Shown in pieces: positions 1 to 10,097 of a stretch of DNA of 64,000 nt. Position 1 is the stretch's first letter. Each line of letters begins with the position of its first letter. The DNA comes from Oscillospiraceae bacterium (lineage in GTDB: Bacteria > Bacillota > Clostridia > Oscillospirales > UBA644), in the NCBI GenBank assembly GCA_015067305.1, contig SVMT01000006.1:18751-82750 (forward strand). The letters are read 5' to 3'. The notes under the pieces are model-generated. The model was not told the origin of the DNA, did no database searches, and saw only the letters and a list, made by a program, of their open reading frames with translations. Both the position numbers and the translations under genes were made by a program.

Positions 1-2
1 TC

Positions 3-386
3 GGTCTTGAATATCTCCAGACCATTGCATTCATCGTTGTTATTGCGGCACTTGTTCAGATAATCGAAATGTTCCTGCAGAAGAGTATTCCTGCGCTTTA
101 TTCCGCATTGGGTATTTATTTGCCCCTTATCACTACGAACTGTGCGGTTCTCGGCGTTGCGTTGCTGAACATCACAAAAGAATACAATTTCATAGAATCT
201 GTAGTTTACGGTTTTTCCGCAGGCGTTGGTTTCCTCCTTGCGATATACCTTCTCTCCGTGGTTCGTGAACGTATGAGCTATGCCGATATTCCCAAGCCTT
301 TCAGAGGTTTCCCCATTGCTCTTATTGCAGCGGCGCTTCTGAGTATCTCTTTCATGGGCTTCCAGGGACTTAAACTTCCGTTTTAA
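3..386 (+). CDS. rnfA: Rnf electron-transport complex subunit A, C-terminal part (5' end lies outside the window)
   Basis: Frame 3 is open from the window edge. The translation contains [15 protein letters not shown] and has a polytopic hydrophobic profile typical of RnfA/NqrE. rnfB follows directly. Confidence 0.85.
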   Translation, partial: GLEYLQTIAFIVVIAALVQIIEMFLQKSIPALYSALGIYLPLITTNCAVLGVALLNITKEYNFIESVVYGFSAGVGFLLAIYLLSVVRERMSYADIPKPFRGFPIALIAAALLSISFMGFQGLKLPF

Positions 387-401
387 CAGGGGGTAAAGAA
401 A

Positions 402-1310
402 ATGGATTTTTTGAATATTTTAATAACGGTTCTCGTCATGGCGGCTCTTGCTCTAGTGTTGGGCTTTGCTCTCAGTTTTGCAAGTAAAGTTTTCCATGTG
501 AAAAAAGATCCCAGACTTGAACAGATCGTTGAATGTCTTCCCGGTGCAAACTGTGGCGGTTGCGGATATGCAGGTTGCGGTGACTATGCCGAAAAGATTA
601 TTTCCGAGGGAGCACCCGTAAATAAATGTCCTGTCGGTGCTGCAAAAGCTGCTGCTGAGATCGCAAAGATCATGGGCGTTGAAAATGCAGGCGAAACAGT
701 TCGTATGCGTGCTCAGGTAATGTGTAGCGGTACAAATTCTCTTGCCAACAGAAAATACAATTATCTCGGTATAGATGACTGCCTTTCCGTTGCAAAACTC
801 GGTAACGGTCCCAAAGAATGTGCTCACGGCTGTATCGGTCTCGGAACTTGCGTAAAAGTATGTAATTTCGATGCGATCAAAGTCGAAAGAGGCGTTGCAG
901 TTGTTGAATACGAAAAATGTGTTGCCTGCGGTATGTGCGTGAACAGTTGTCCTCAGCATCTTATTCGTCTCATTCCTTTTGATGCGGATGTTTGGGTCGG
1001 CTGTAATTCCCACGACAAAGGCCCTGTTGTTCGTTCTCTCTGTAAGGTCGGCTGTATCGGTTGCGGACTTTGCACTAAAGTCTGTCCCACGGACGCTATA
1101 TCTGTAAATGAAGGCGTTGCTTCTATTGATTACACAAAATGTATTAACTGCGGCGCTTGCGTTGAAAAATGCCCCAGAAAGATCATCTGGTCAGGCAAAA
1201 AACAGATCAAAAACGGTGACACCATCGAAAATGATGCTGTCCCCAATGAATCTATAGAAAAAGAACCCAGAAGGGTCAAAAAAGCAGAACCCGAAGAGAA
1301 AGAATTCTGA
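402..1310 (+). CDS. rnfB: Rnf complex subunit B (polyferredoxin)
   Basis: N-terminal TM helix, an LPGANCGGCGYAGCGDYA cysteine motif and several CxxCxxCxxxCP 4Fe-4S motifs. It starts 15 nt after rnfA. Confidence 0.9.
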   Translation: MDFLNILITVLVMAALALVLGFALSFASKVFHVKKDPRLEQIVECLPGANCGGCGYAGCGDYAEKIISEGAPVNKCPVGAAKAAAEIAKIMGVENAGETVRMRAQVMCSGTNSLANRKYNYLGIDDCLSVAKLGNGPKECAHGCIGLGTCVKVCNFDAIKVERGVAVVEYEKCVACGMCVNSCPQHLIRLIPFDADVWVGCNSHDKGPVVRSLCKVGCIGCGLCTKVCPTDAISVNEGVASIDYTKCINCGACVEKCPRKIIWSGKKQIKNGDTIENDAVPNESIEKEPRRVKKAEPEEKEF

Positions 1311-1579
1311 TTTCGGGTGAAAATATCGGAGTTTAAAGGGAGAATCAAAATCTCCCTTTGCTCTGCGAAATGGAAGAGGTTTGAAAGTGAAACGGACGAT
1401 ACGCTTCAAAAGATCGACCCAGCCGAAGAAACGTGTAAACAAATGGTGGATAGTGTTTCTCGTTTTCGTCGGTTTGTTGGCGTTTTTTGTGGGTTTTATG
1501 GCTGTTCGTCCAGTATTTATGCTTTTCGGACTTGTTTCATAAATCAACTTTGTAATTTCAGGAAGGTCTTGAGTTTAAA

Positions 1580-2950
1580 TTGAAAGAAAAACGTCTTTCA
1601 AAAGATTTTACACAGGGTAATATCCCCAAGCAATTGTTGCTGTTTACTTTGCCTTTCATGGCTTCAAATGCACTGCAAGTTTTATACAGTACGATAGATA
1701 TGATAATTGTCGGCCACTATGTCGGCACAGCAGGACTTTCGGCGGTTTCTCAGAGCAGTCAGATATTGAATTTTGCCACAATGGTATGTCTCGGTTTTGC
1801 AAACGGTGGACAGGTCCTTGTATCCCAGGCTCTCGGCGCGGGAAAGAAAAAGGAAGTAAATAATATCATCGGAACACTTTTCAGCCTTATTTCTATCCTC
1901 GGTCTGATCTTCTCTGCAGTTGTTCTTTGTGCGTTTCCGTTGATACTGGATGTAATGAATATTCCTGTGGAATCATACGATATGTCTGTTGATTATCTGG
2001 TTATTTGCGGTTCGGGGCTTATTTTTACAGCAGGATACAATATGGTTTCCGCCGTCTTGCGCGGAATGGGCGACTCAAAAAGGCCTTTTCTTTTTATCGG
2101 AATAGCATCTGCCGTCAACCTTGTTCTTGATATTCTTTTTACCGGTATTCTCGGTTGGGGCGTTGCAGGTGCTGCTTGGGCGACTATTATCGGTCAGGCT
2201 GCTTCGTTTGTATTCTCACTTTATTTCCTTTACAAAAATAAAGATGCTTTTGGTTTTGATTTTAAATTTGAAAGCTTTAAGATCAAGTTGAAATATTTCA
2301 AGATGATATTCCAACTCGGTTTACCAATGGCTATTCAGTCAGGCTTTATAAATATTTCAATGCTCTTTGTAAATGCCCTTGTTAATGATGTTGGTGTGGT
2401 TGCGTCTGCAACATTCGGAGCCGGTATCAGAATTGACGATATTATAAACAAGATATCTCAAGGTATCCAGTATGCGGCAATGCCCATGATAAGTCAGAAC
2501 ATTGCGGCAAATAAGCCTGAAAGAGCGAAAAAAGTCGTGTATTTCTCGTGGGTGTATTCTTTTATTCTCACGGTTATCTCAATGGCGGCGTATGTGCTTT
2601 TCGGCAAAGAGCTGTTCATGATCTTCTCCGACGACCCACTTGTACATGAGATGTCAAGCACTTTCATCAGTGCTATTTTGTGGATGTTCCCCGCACTTGC
2701 GATAATGAGAGGTACGGGCGCATTTATTCAGGGAATCGGAAATGTACGTTTCAGCATGATCCTTGCGCTCCTTGACGGTGTAATTCTGCGAATCGGTCTC
2801 AGTTGGCTTTTCGGCTTGGTTTTGAACTGGGGCTTCTACGGCTTCGTTCTCGGTTACGGTATTGCGGCATACGGAAATGCAATTCCCGGATTGATCTATT
2901 TTCTTTCGGGAGTTTGGGAAAAACGTCGGGTTTTGGCTGAAGATATTTAA
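1580..2950 (+). CDS. MATE family efflux transporter
   Basis: 456 aa and highly hydrophobic. The N-terminus LLLFTLPFMASNALQVLYSTIDMIIVGHYVG is typical of MATE/NorM. The start is TTG and its exact position is uncertain. Confidence 0.8.
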   Translation: MKEKRLSKDFTQGNIPKQLLLFTLPFMASNALQVLYSTIDMIIVGHYVGTAGLSAVSQSSQILNFATMVCLGFANGGQVLVSQALGAGKKKEVNNIIGTLFSLISILGLIFSAVVLCAFPLILDVMNIPVESYDMSVDYLVICGSGLIFTAGYNMVSAVLRGMGDSKRPFLFIGIASAVNLVLDILFTGILGWGVAGAAWATIIGQAASFVFSLYFLYKNKDAFGFDFKFESFKIKLKYFKMIFQLGLPMAIQSGFINISMLFVNALVNDVGVVASATFGAGIRIDDIINKISQGIQYAAMPMISQNIAANKPERAKKVVYFSWVYSFILTVISMAAYVLFGKELFMIFSDDPLVHEMSSTFISAILWMFPALAIMRGTGAFIQGIGNVRFSMILALLDGVILRIGLSWLFGLVLNWGFYGFVLGYGIAAYGNAIPGLIYFLSGVWEKRRVLAEDI

Positions 2951-2959
2951 ATTTGATTT

Positions 2960-4333
2960 ATGAAAGGGGCTTTTATTGTGTTTGATCTTGAAAAAGATGC
3001 TCCCATTTACGGAGCATTGGCATCGTATGCCCGTTCAAAACAAGCCTCTTTTCATACTCCGGGACATAAAAATTATAGGTTTTCAGGTGATTTTTTTGGA
3101 ATATATCCCTTTGATGCAACGGAGATTTCCTGCACCGATGAGCTTTATTCCCCTGAAGGCTGTATTGCTGAGGCGGAAGCTAAAGCCACAGAACTTTTCG
3201 GTTCATATCATACATTTTTTTCTGCGGGCGGTGCGTCTCAATGTGTAAAAGCCGCATTGGCTGAATTTGCAGGTGAAAAGGTGATTTTTGACAGAAATAT
3301 CCACTTTTCCGCTGCAGCGGCAGTAGCTTTTTACGGAATTGATACTGTTTTTGTCTGCGGAAAAAATGATGCAAAAACATCTCTTCCGATGCCACCCACG
3401 GCTGAAGATATTCGTTCTGCCATTGAAAAAGATCCCGACGCAAAAGCTGTTTTTCTTACTTCTCCCAACTATTTCGGCATTTCTGCCGATTGCCTTGCAA
3501 TAAGAAAGCTTTGCGACGAAAAAAATATAACTTTTATTGATGACAATTCTCATGGGACACATTACTGTTTCTGTCCCGAAATGAGAAATTCCCCTTATGA
3601 CGGTCATCACGCTCATGTGGTCATAGACTCCGCCCACAAAACTTTGCCCGTAATGACAGGCGGTGCTTTTCTTCATTACAATAAGGAAATTTCTCTTGAG
3701 ACAGTTCGTCGCAGAATGATGGCAGCAGGCTCGACAAGTCCTTCGTTTCCAATACTTGCATCTCTTGATCACGGCAGGGCTGTCTGTGCTTGTGACGGCG
3801 AAAAAATTTATTCCGTTTGCTGTAAAAAAATAAAAGATCTTAAGAAAAAATTGATGTTGAACGGTTTTACCGTTGCAGACGGTACGAATACAGATCCTCT
3901 TCGTTTGGCTGTATATTTCGGTGAAAAATGTGAGGATACGGCAAAAAAACTTGAAAAGAATAATATTTATCCTGAAATGACTTCAAGCGGTTTTATCGTT
4001 TTTATAATTACCCCTTTCAATTCCAATGAAGATCTTGAACTGCTGGAAAAAACGCTTTTGAGCTTCGAAGCTGTTGAAATTGTGGAAAATTTCAACTCAG
4101 GTTTCGAGTTGCCGCCAAAAAAAATGAACATTCGTGATGCGTTTTTTGCCGAAAGGGAAGCTGTCGAACCGCTTATTTCTGAGGGTAGAATTTCTGCGGA
4201 AATGATTTCGTTTCATCATCCGCCCTGTGTCCCTCTTGCGCTTCCGGGGGAGGTCATCACTCATGATCTTGCGTTGTTTATGAGTGAAAACGGTTATGGC
4301 AAAGTGGAAGTCGTTGTGGAAAGCAATTATTGA
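2960..4333 (+). CDS. Orn/Lys/Arg decarboxylase-family PLP enzyme (YaaO-like)
   Basis: FHTPGHK near the N-terminus and an SAHKTLPVMTGGA PLP-lysine motif. It sits upstream of holB as in Bacillus. A GVG/GTG start at 2978 has a better SD (AAAGGGG) than the ATG at 2960. Confidence 0.75.
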   Translation: MKGAFIVFDLEKDAPIYGALASYARSKQASFHTPGHKNYRFSGDFFGIYPFDATEISCTDELYSPEGCIAEAEAKATELFGSYHTFFSAGGASQCVKAALAEFAGEKVIFDRNIHFSAAAAVAFYGIDTVFVCGKNDAKTSLPMPPTAEDIRSAIEKDPDAKAVFLTSPNYFGISADCLAIRKLCDEKNITFIDDNSHGTHYCFCPEMRNSPYDGHHAHVVIDSAHKTLPVMTGGAFLHYNKEISLETVRRRMMAAGSTSPSFPILASLDHGRAVCACDGEKIYSVCCKKIKDLKKKLMLNGFTVADGTNTDPLRLAVYFGEKCEDTAKKLEKNNIYPEMTSSGFIVFIITPFNSNEDLELLEKTLLSFEAVEIVENFNSGFELPPKKMNIRDAFFAEREAVEPLISEGRISAEMISFHHPPCVPLALPGEVITHDLALFMSENGYGKVEVVVESNY

Positions 4334-4348
4334 ATTACGGAGAAAATA

Positions 4349-5260
4349 ATGGATACTTCAAAAATTATCGGCAACGAGGCCCTCAAACGTGAATTGGAAA
4401 AGCCCTTCCATGCGTATATTATTGAGGGCGCTCACGGTTCGGGCAAAACACTCTTGGCAAATCTCATAGCGCAGGCAAATGTCTGTGTTTCCGATGGGGT
4501 TCGTCCTTGTGGAAAATGTTCCTCATGCGTGAAATTTCTTGCCGACTGCAACATAGATATTAAACATATCCCTGCGGATACCGATGTGAAAAATATGCGT
4601 GCCGCAATTTCGGATATTTATATCAGACCAAATGAGTCTGAAAAAAGGTGCTATATTATCGAAGACGGTGACGGACTTTCCGTTCCTTGTCAGAATGTTC
4701 TTCTTAAATCTCTGGAGGAACCGCCTGAATTTTCTGTTTTTATAATCACTTGCACTTCAAAGGAAAAACTTCTTGAAACGATCCGTTCACGTTGTGTGGT
4801 TCTGACCCTTGCTCCCATCAGAAACGAGGATGCTGAAAAATTCTTTGAAAAACGTGAATATGATAAATATACTCCTCAACAAAAACAGGCGGCGATCCGT
4901 CTTTCCGAGGGCTTTTTAGGTAAAGCTATTGAAGTTCTTGAGGGGAATTCCTACGGTATATACAATGCCTGTGAAAGTTTCACAAATGCGTGCCTTGACG
5001 GCACTGCAGGTGAGGCGATGAAGATCGCTTCATTCAAAAATCGTGAAGAACTTCAGGATTTTATTCGGACTTTAAGTATTTATGTTTCCGCAAGGATAAG
5101 GACAGGTGCGGAAAAACGTGATATCCAAAGGCTTTTTGCACTCAGCTCTGCGGTTGAGTCTCTTGTGAAAGATGTTGAATACAACATCAATGTTAAACTT
5201 TGGAATGTTGTCCTTGTAATGCGCTGTCTCAGCGCCGTGTCTCCTTCAAGGAGAAAATAA
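4349..5260 (+). CDS. holB: DNA polymerase III subunit delta'
   Basis: GAHGSGKT Walker A, a CGKCSSC zinc module, SLEEPP and SRC motifs, and GGAGA as SD. Confidence 0.8.
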   Translation: MDTSKIIGNEALKRELEKPFHAYIIEGAHGSGKTLLANLIAQANVCVSDGVRPCGKCSSCVKFLADCNIDIKHIPADTDVKNMRAAISDIYIRPNESEKRCYIIEDGDGLSVPCQNVLLKSLEEPPEFSVFIITCTSKEKLLETIRSRCVVLTLAPIRNEDAEKFFEKREYDKYTPQQKQAAIRLSEGFLGKAIEVLEGNSYGIYNACESFTNACLDGTAGEAMKIASFKNREELQDFIRTLSIYVSARIRTGAEKRDIQRLFALSSAVESLVKDVEYNINVKLWNVVLVMRCLSAVSPSRRK

Positions 5261-5335
5261 TGTTTTCGGATCCCGAATCTGACTCCGAGAAATTCGGGAA
5301 AGCATTAAAAATCGGAGAGAAGGATTGGTAAAACC

Positions 5336-6208
5336 ATGGAAATGGAAAATGGAACAGTTGAAATTGTAGGCGTAAGATTCAAACCTGTTGGCAAAATATA
5401 TTTTTTTGATCCCAAAGGATTCAGCTTTAACTTGGGTGATAAAGTCATCGTTGAAACGGTACGCGGTTATGAAATAGGAAATATTGCGGTTCCCAATAAA
5501 TATGTCGAACCTGATAATAAATTCATGCCCCTGAGTCCCGTTATCCGTCCCGCAACGGAAGAGGATCTTGAACGGTGCCGAGAAAACAAAGAAAAAGAGA
5601 AAGAAGCTTTGAAGATATGCGAGGAAAAGATCGCAAAACACGGTCTTCCAATGTCTCTTGTGGATGTGGAATATACTTTTGATAATAACAAGATCATATT
5701 CTGCTTCGTTGCGGAGGGTAGAATCGACTTCCGTGAACTTGTAAAAGATCTTGCATCTGTATTCAAGACAAGAATCGAGCTTCGTCAGATTGGTGTTCGT
5801 GACGAAACAAAAGTCGTTGGCGCACTCGGCATGTGCGGCAGAAAAGTCTGCTGTGCAAGTTTTCTTTCCGAATTCGTTCCCGTATCGGTGCGTATGGCTA
5901 AGGAGCAGTCTCTGTCTACTAACCCCCAGAAAATTTCAGGTGCTTGCGGCAAGCTTATTTGCTGCTTGAACTTCGAAGAATCCACTTATGAGGAAGCATA
6001 TAAAACTTTGCCCCGTCAGGGTTCTTATATAAAAACTCCCGAAGGCAACGGTATAGTTGTGGAAGTAAGTGTTCCTCTTGAGATAGTATCCGTGCGTCTT
6101 GAATCTGAGGGCAACCCCATAAAACAGTTCAAAAAAGAAGAGGTCAAGATCCTTAAAGGCGTTGAAAAGAAGTCTGAAAAGGACGATTCCGAGGAAATTG
6201 AAGACTGA
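5336..6208 (+). CDS. ricT: PSP1-domain protein (YaaT/RicT-like)
   Basis: The N-terminus VGVRFKPVGKIYFFDP..VIVETVRGYEIG and the Cys-rich CGRKVCCASFL / CGKLICCLNFE segments match the PSP1/YaaT family. Its position after holB is conserved. Confidence 0.85.
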   Translation: MEMENGTVEIVGVRFKPVGKIYFFDPKGFSFNLGDKVIVETVRGYEIGNIAVPNKYVEPDNKFMPLSPVIRPATEEDLERCRENKEKEKEALKICEEKIAKHGLPMSLVDVEYTFDNNKIIFCFVAEGRIDFRELVKDLASVFKTRIELRQIGVRDETKVVGALGMCGRKVCCASFLSEFVPVSVRMAKEQSLSTNPQKISGACGKLICCLNFEESTYEEAYKTLPRQGSYIKTPEGNGIVVEVSVPLEIVSVRLESEGNPIKQFKKEEVKILKGVEKKSEKDDSEEIED

Positions 6209-6246
6209 TTCTAAATTAAAGCCTTATATTTGTCCCATTTTACCCC

Positions 6247-6275
6247 TTGAAAAAAAGGAAAAAATGTGATAGAAT
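6247..6275 (+). promoter_or_regulatory. Ferredoxin promoter
   Basis: TTGAAA, 17 nt, then TGaTAGAAT. Confidence 0.55.
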
Positions 6276-6306
6276 ATATATGAATAAAAATAAGGAGGAT
6301 ACTCTG

Positions 6307-6480
6307 ATGGCTCATGTAATTTCTGATGAATGCATCGCTTGCGGTGCTTGCCAGGGCGAATGTCCCGTTGACGCAATCGCAGAAGCAGAAGGCAAATTCG
6401 TTATCGACGAAGATCTTTGCATTGACTGCGGCGCTTGTGCATCTGTTTGCCCCGTCGGTGCTCCTGCTCCGAAGGAATAA
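6307..6480 (+). CDS. 2x[4Fe-4S] ferredoxin
   Basis: 57 aa with CIACGACQGECP and CIDCGACASVCP. AAGGAGGA sits 8 nt upstream of the ATG at 6307. The ORF-track start at 6247 lies inside the promoter. Confidence 0.85.
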   Translation: MAHVISDECIACGACQGECPVDAIAEAEGKFVIDEDLCIDCGACASVCPVGAPAPKE

Positions 6481-6547
6481 GACACTCTATGGGGCTGTGG
6501 CATTAGCGACAGCCCCTACTGTCATTTCTATTTATTGTAATTAAAAT

Positions 6548-7282
6548 ATGATACGGTTAGATGATCTGCAAGTTGGCGGTCTCAAGATCTACCAGAATTC
6601 CGACAGCTTTTGTTTTGGAACAGACGCTGTCTTGCTTTCATGGTTTGCGTCCGTCAAGAAATTTACCGATATAGTGGACTTGTGTTCAGGTAACGGCATC
6701 GTTGCGATACTGCTCTCCCGCTTTGGTTGTATGAAAAGCGGGGTTTGTGTTGAACTCAATGATGCTCAGGCATTGTTATGCAAAAAATCATTGGAACTGA
6801 ACCGTATTGAAAATAAAATTTCCGTTTTGAATACCGATCTGCGAAAAATACGAAAGGATAAATTGCTTCCTACCGCTTGCTGTGATCTTGTGACTGTAAA
6901 TCCGCCTTACAGTGCTGTGAATTCAGGTGCTGTGTCTTCGGGTACTAAAGGATTTGCGAGAACGGAACTCGAATGTACATTGAAAGATGTTGCGGAACAA
7001 AGTGCATTTCTTTTGCGTCAGGGCGGAAGACTTTGCGTTGTCCACAAACCGGACAGGCTTACAGATCTGATCTGCGAATGCCACAATGTGGGGCTTGAAC
7101 TCAAGCGTTTCCGTACAGTTCATGCTCACGCTGACGATACGCCCTCAATGATACTTGCAGAGTTTATAAAATTCGGGAAAAGCGGTGTGAATATCGAACC
7201 TCCGCTGATAATTTACGACGAAAACGGTCAATACACGGATATTATGAATAAGATCTATGAAAGAGGCAACAGCCATGAGTGA
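6548..7282 (+). CDS. SAM-dependent methyltransferase (YabB / tRNA m6A37 TrmN6-like)
   Basis: DLCSGNG SAM-binding loop and a VNPPY catalytic motif. It is located just upstream of rsmI as in Bacillus. Confidence 0.7.
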   Translation: MIRLDDLQVGGLKIYQNSDSFCFGTDAVLLSWFASVKKFTDIVDLCSGNGIVAILLSRFGCMKSGVCVELNDAQALLCKKSLELNRIENKISVLNTDLRKIRKDKLLPTACCDLVTVNPPYSAVNSGAVSSGTKGFARTELECTLKDVAEQSAFLLRQGGRLCVVHKPDRLTDLICECHNVGLELKRFRTVHAHADDTPSMILAEFIKFGKSGVNIEPPLIIYDENGQYTDIMNKIYERGNSHE

Positions 7283-8132
7283 AAAATATATTTCTTCTCC
7301 AAAGGACAAAGTTTCCCTGTATCTCGTGGCGACTCCCATCGGAAATCTTTCCGATATTTCCGAGCGAGCTTTGGAAACTCTTGAAAATGCGGATTTCATT
7401 GCCGCTGAAGACACTAGAAAAACAGGTGTCCTGCTTGCTCATTATTCAATAAAAAAGCCTCTTGTGAGTTATTATGAACACAATCTTCGTCAGAGGGGCG
7501 AAGAAATAATTGCCCGACTTGAAGCGGGGGAGACTTGCGCCCTTGTTTCCGATGCGGGAATGCCTGCTGTGTCGGACCCGGGTGAACAGCTTGTAAAACA
7601 GTGTTATGAACACGGGCTTAAAGTCAGTGCTATTCCCGGACCTTGCGCATTTGTCTCTGCAATCGCAATTTCGGGACTTTCGACCAAGCGTTTTACTTTT
7701 GAGGGATTTCTCAGCACTGCGAAAAATAGCCGCAGGGAACGTCTTGAATCCGTGAAAACTTTGGAGCATACTCTCATTTTTTACGAAGCTCCGCATAAAT
7801 TGCAAGGTCTGCTTGAGGACATTCTTCAGGTCCTCGGGGACAGACGTATCTCTCTTGTGAGAGAAATTTCTAAAATATATGAACAGGTCATGCTTACCAC
7901 TGTTTCCGAAGCGATAGAATATTACAAAGAAAACGAGCCGAAAGGTGAATTTGTTCTTGTTATTGAGGGTGCTGCGGAAGAAAAAGAAGAGGTTTCCGAT
8001 GAAACTCTTGAAAAAGAATTTTTTGAACTTGTGGAAGGCGGCATGACAAGAACATTTGCCGCAAAGACATTGGCACGCAAGTATAATCTTTCCAAAAGAG
8101 AGATATACGAGCGTTTCAAAGAGGAAAATTAA
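7275..8132 (+). CDS. rsmI: 16S rRNA (cytidine1402-2'-O)-methyltransferase
   Basis: LYLVATPIGNLSDIS, AEDTR and SDAGMPAVSDPG motifs. The ATG at 7275 is preceded by AAGAGG and overlaps the upstream gene by 8 nt. Confidence 0.9.
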   Translation: MSEKYISSPKDKVSLYLVATPIGNLSDISERALETLENADFIAAEDTRKTGVLLAHYSIKKPLVSYYEHNLRQRGEEIIARLEAGETCALVSDAGMPAVSDPGEQLVKQCYEHGLKVSAIPGPCAFVSAIAISGLSTKRFTFEGFLSTAKNSRRERLESVKTLEHTLIFYEAPHKLQGLLEDILQVLGDRRISLVREISKIYEQVMLTTVSEAIEYYKENEPKGEFVLVIEGAAEEKEEVSDETLEKEFFELVEGGMTRTFAAKTLARKYNLSKREIYERFKEEN

Positions 8133-8271
8133 GCCATTTTGCAGGTAAAAATAGGTAATATTGGTGTATTTTCATGACTTTTGCAGGATGATACTTGCAA
8201 AAACACCAAATATATAATATAATAAATACAGATTGAATTTAATTTAGTATTTTTGCCGCATAAGCGGCGGA

Positions 8272-9981
8272 ATGGAGTGTTGTATGCCTCGAATAATAAC
8301 AGGCAAGACAACGGGGTCTTCCGAGTCTCAGCATTACAGCGTCAGGCCGGAAATCACAAAACAAAAGAAAAGATCTTCAAGAAAAAAGCCAAGCAAATTT
8401 TTGCGAACAGTAGTTTACCTCATTTATTTTCTTCACCTTGAGGGTGTTATAAGAGGTTCTTTTGAGCTGTTCCGTAAATTTGCCGATTTTGCGTATACGA
8501 GTCAAGGTATAGATTACCACGTTAATAAGGTTCATATCAGATATACTAATTATATATACAGACTGAAATACTACATAAAGCACGCCGTAACGCTGTTCTT
8601 TTTCGGCGTTTGGGGGCTGCTCAGACTGATCGTTCCCGTGGCTGCTCCCGTTGCAGGTACTGCGATCCTTGTTTTTTCTCTCTGGGCTTTCAATACTTAT
8701 GCAATAGCCCTTGAGGTCACCGTCGGAAATGAGTCCCTCGGTTACATAAGCAACGAACAGCAGTATTACAGGATCCAGCAGAGTGTCGAAAAGCGTATCG
8801 AAGAGGAAGGAAGCGGTGATGAGTATATCACGGAAGCTATACCGTTGCTTACTCTTTCCGTTGTTAAGAAAGATGAGATATCCGACGGTGCGGCAATAGT
8901 TGATACTCTTTATGATAATTACCGTGATTATATCGGTCAGTCTTACGGATATTTTGTTGACGGTCGCCTTGTCGGTACATCAAAAAGCGAATCAGACCTT
9001 GATCTTATCTTGTCTGAAGTCGTATTACCCTATCTTTCCGGAGAGGAAAACGAATCTTATTATATTTTGAACAGTATCGAGGTCGTCCGTGGAGAATATC
9101 CGAGAGAATACGAAAAGACGACTTCCGAGCTTCTTGAACTTTTCACAATGCCTTTGGGCAGTGATACTTACGTTGTTAAAAAAGGCGATACCCTTGAAAG
9201 TATCGCATCAAAATATTCCCTTGATGTGCCTGTTCTTCGTCTTATAAACGGAAATATTTCCGAAGACTATCTGACTGTCGGAACCCGTCTCAAAGTTGAC
9301 TCACCCGAAGTTACATTGTCTGTACAGACTACGAGAACAGTTACATATACCGAAATTATTCCCTACGAAACGAAATATATTTACAGTAATTCCCTTTATG
9401 AAAATGTTACGCAGACAAAACAGAACGGTTCCAACGGTACTTATGAAGTTTCTGCGGAAATACGTTCCGTAAACGGGGTGGAGATCGACAGATCTGTTAT
9501 CGACAAGCGTAAAACAAAGGACGCTATCGCAAAACAGGTCCTTGTGGGAACAAAGACCATCGCTCCGTCAGGTACATTTATTTGGCCGGTATCCATGAAC
9601 GGTTTCCAGTTCGTTTCGTCTAAATTCGGCGGAAGAACTCTCCGCGGTAAATATGACTTCCACAGAGGTTACGATATCGCTTGCGAGTACGGTACAAAAA
9701 TATTTGCCGCAGACGCAGGTACTATCATCAAAAAGGGCTGGCAGGAAGGCGGTCTCGGTAACTACATTGCCATTGACCACGGAAACGGTATCATTTCCTA
9801 CTACGGACACTGCAGTTCTTTGGAAAAATCCATTAAGATCGGTGACAAGGTCTACCAAGGACAAGTCATTGCATATGTCGGCAGTACTGGTAACAGTACA
9901 GGTAACCACTGTCATTTTGCGTTATTCAACAAGGAAACAGGTTCATATTTCGACCCCGAACCTTATTTGAAAAAACCTTAA
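8272..9981 (+). CDS. Membrane-anchored LysM / G5 / M23 metallopeptidase
   Basis: A TM segment. A LysM motif (YVVKKGDTLESIASKY..LINGN). A G5-like segment (TKQNGSNGTYEV...VLVGTK). M23 motifs (HRGYDI, HGNGIISYYGH, GSTGNSTGNHCHF). Confidence 0.85.
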   Translation: MECCMPRIITGKTTGSSESQHYSVRPEITKQKKRSSRKKPSKFLRTVVYLIYFLHLEGVIRGSFELFRKFADFAYTSQGIDYHVNKVHIRYTNYIYRLKYYIKHAVTLFFFGVWGLLRLIVPVAAPVAGTAILVFSLWAFNTYAIALEVTVGNESLGYISNEQQYYRIQQSVEKRIEEEGSGDEYITEAIPLLTLSVVKKDEISDGAAIVDTLYDNYRDYIGQSYGYFVDGRLVGTSKSESDLDLILSEVVLPYLSGEENESYYILNSIEVVRGEYPREYEKTTSELLELFTMPLGSDTYVVKKGDTLESIASKYSLDVPVLRLINGNISEDYLTVGTRLKVDSPEVTLSVQTTRTVTYTEIIPYETKYIYSNSLYENVTQTKQNGSNGTYEVSAEIRSVNGVEIDRSVIDKRKTKDAIAKQVLVGTKTIAPSGTFIWPVSMNGFQFVSSKFGGRTLRGKYDFHRGYDIACEYGTKIFAADAGTIIKKGWQEGGLGNYIAIDHGNGIISYYGHCSSLEKSIKIGDKVYQGQVIAYVGSTGNSTGNHCHFALFNKETGSYFDPEPYLKKP

Positions 9982-10097
9982 AAAATCAAGTTTTTTATAA
10001 CTTTACAAAAAATCTCATGACTATATCATGTATGCCGTGGAATACTTATACGGCAGACTTTATCATTGCTTTTTTATAAACGAAAGGATGTTACTTC

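Noticed and set aside
453-1013. 186-aa ORF antisense to rnfB
   Set aside because: It is nested opposite a confidently identified gene, and the translation has no protein-like motifs.
1317-1583. 88-aa GTG-initiated ORF between rnfB and the MATE gene
   Set aside because: It has no SD and a Cys/Arg/Phe-rich non-protein-like translation. It spans the rnfB-downstream hairpin (1335-1359) and overlaps the MATE start.
5260-5331. 23-codon ORF (MFSDPESDSEKFGKALKIGEKDW) overlapping the holB stop (TAATG) with a good SD
   Set aside because: It is too short to support without conservation or ribosome-profiling data, and the SD may simply be chance within the holB 3' end.
6247-6306. N-terminal extension of the ferredoxin ORF (MKKRKKCDRIYMNKNKEDTL)
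   Set aside because: The extension overlaps the predicted promoter and the SD. The canonical ferredoxin N-terminus starts at the ATG at 6307.
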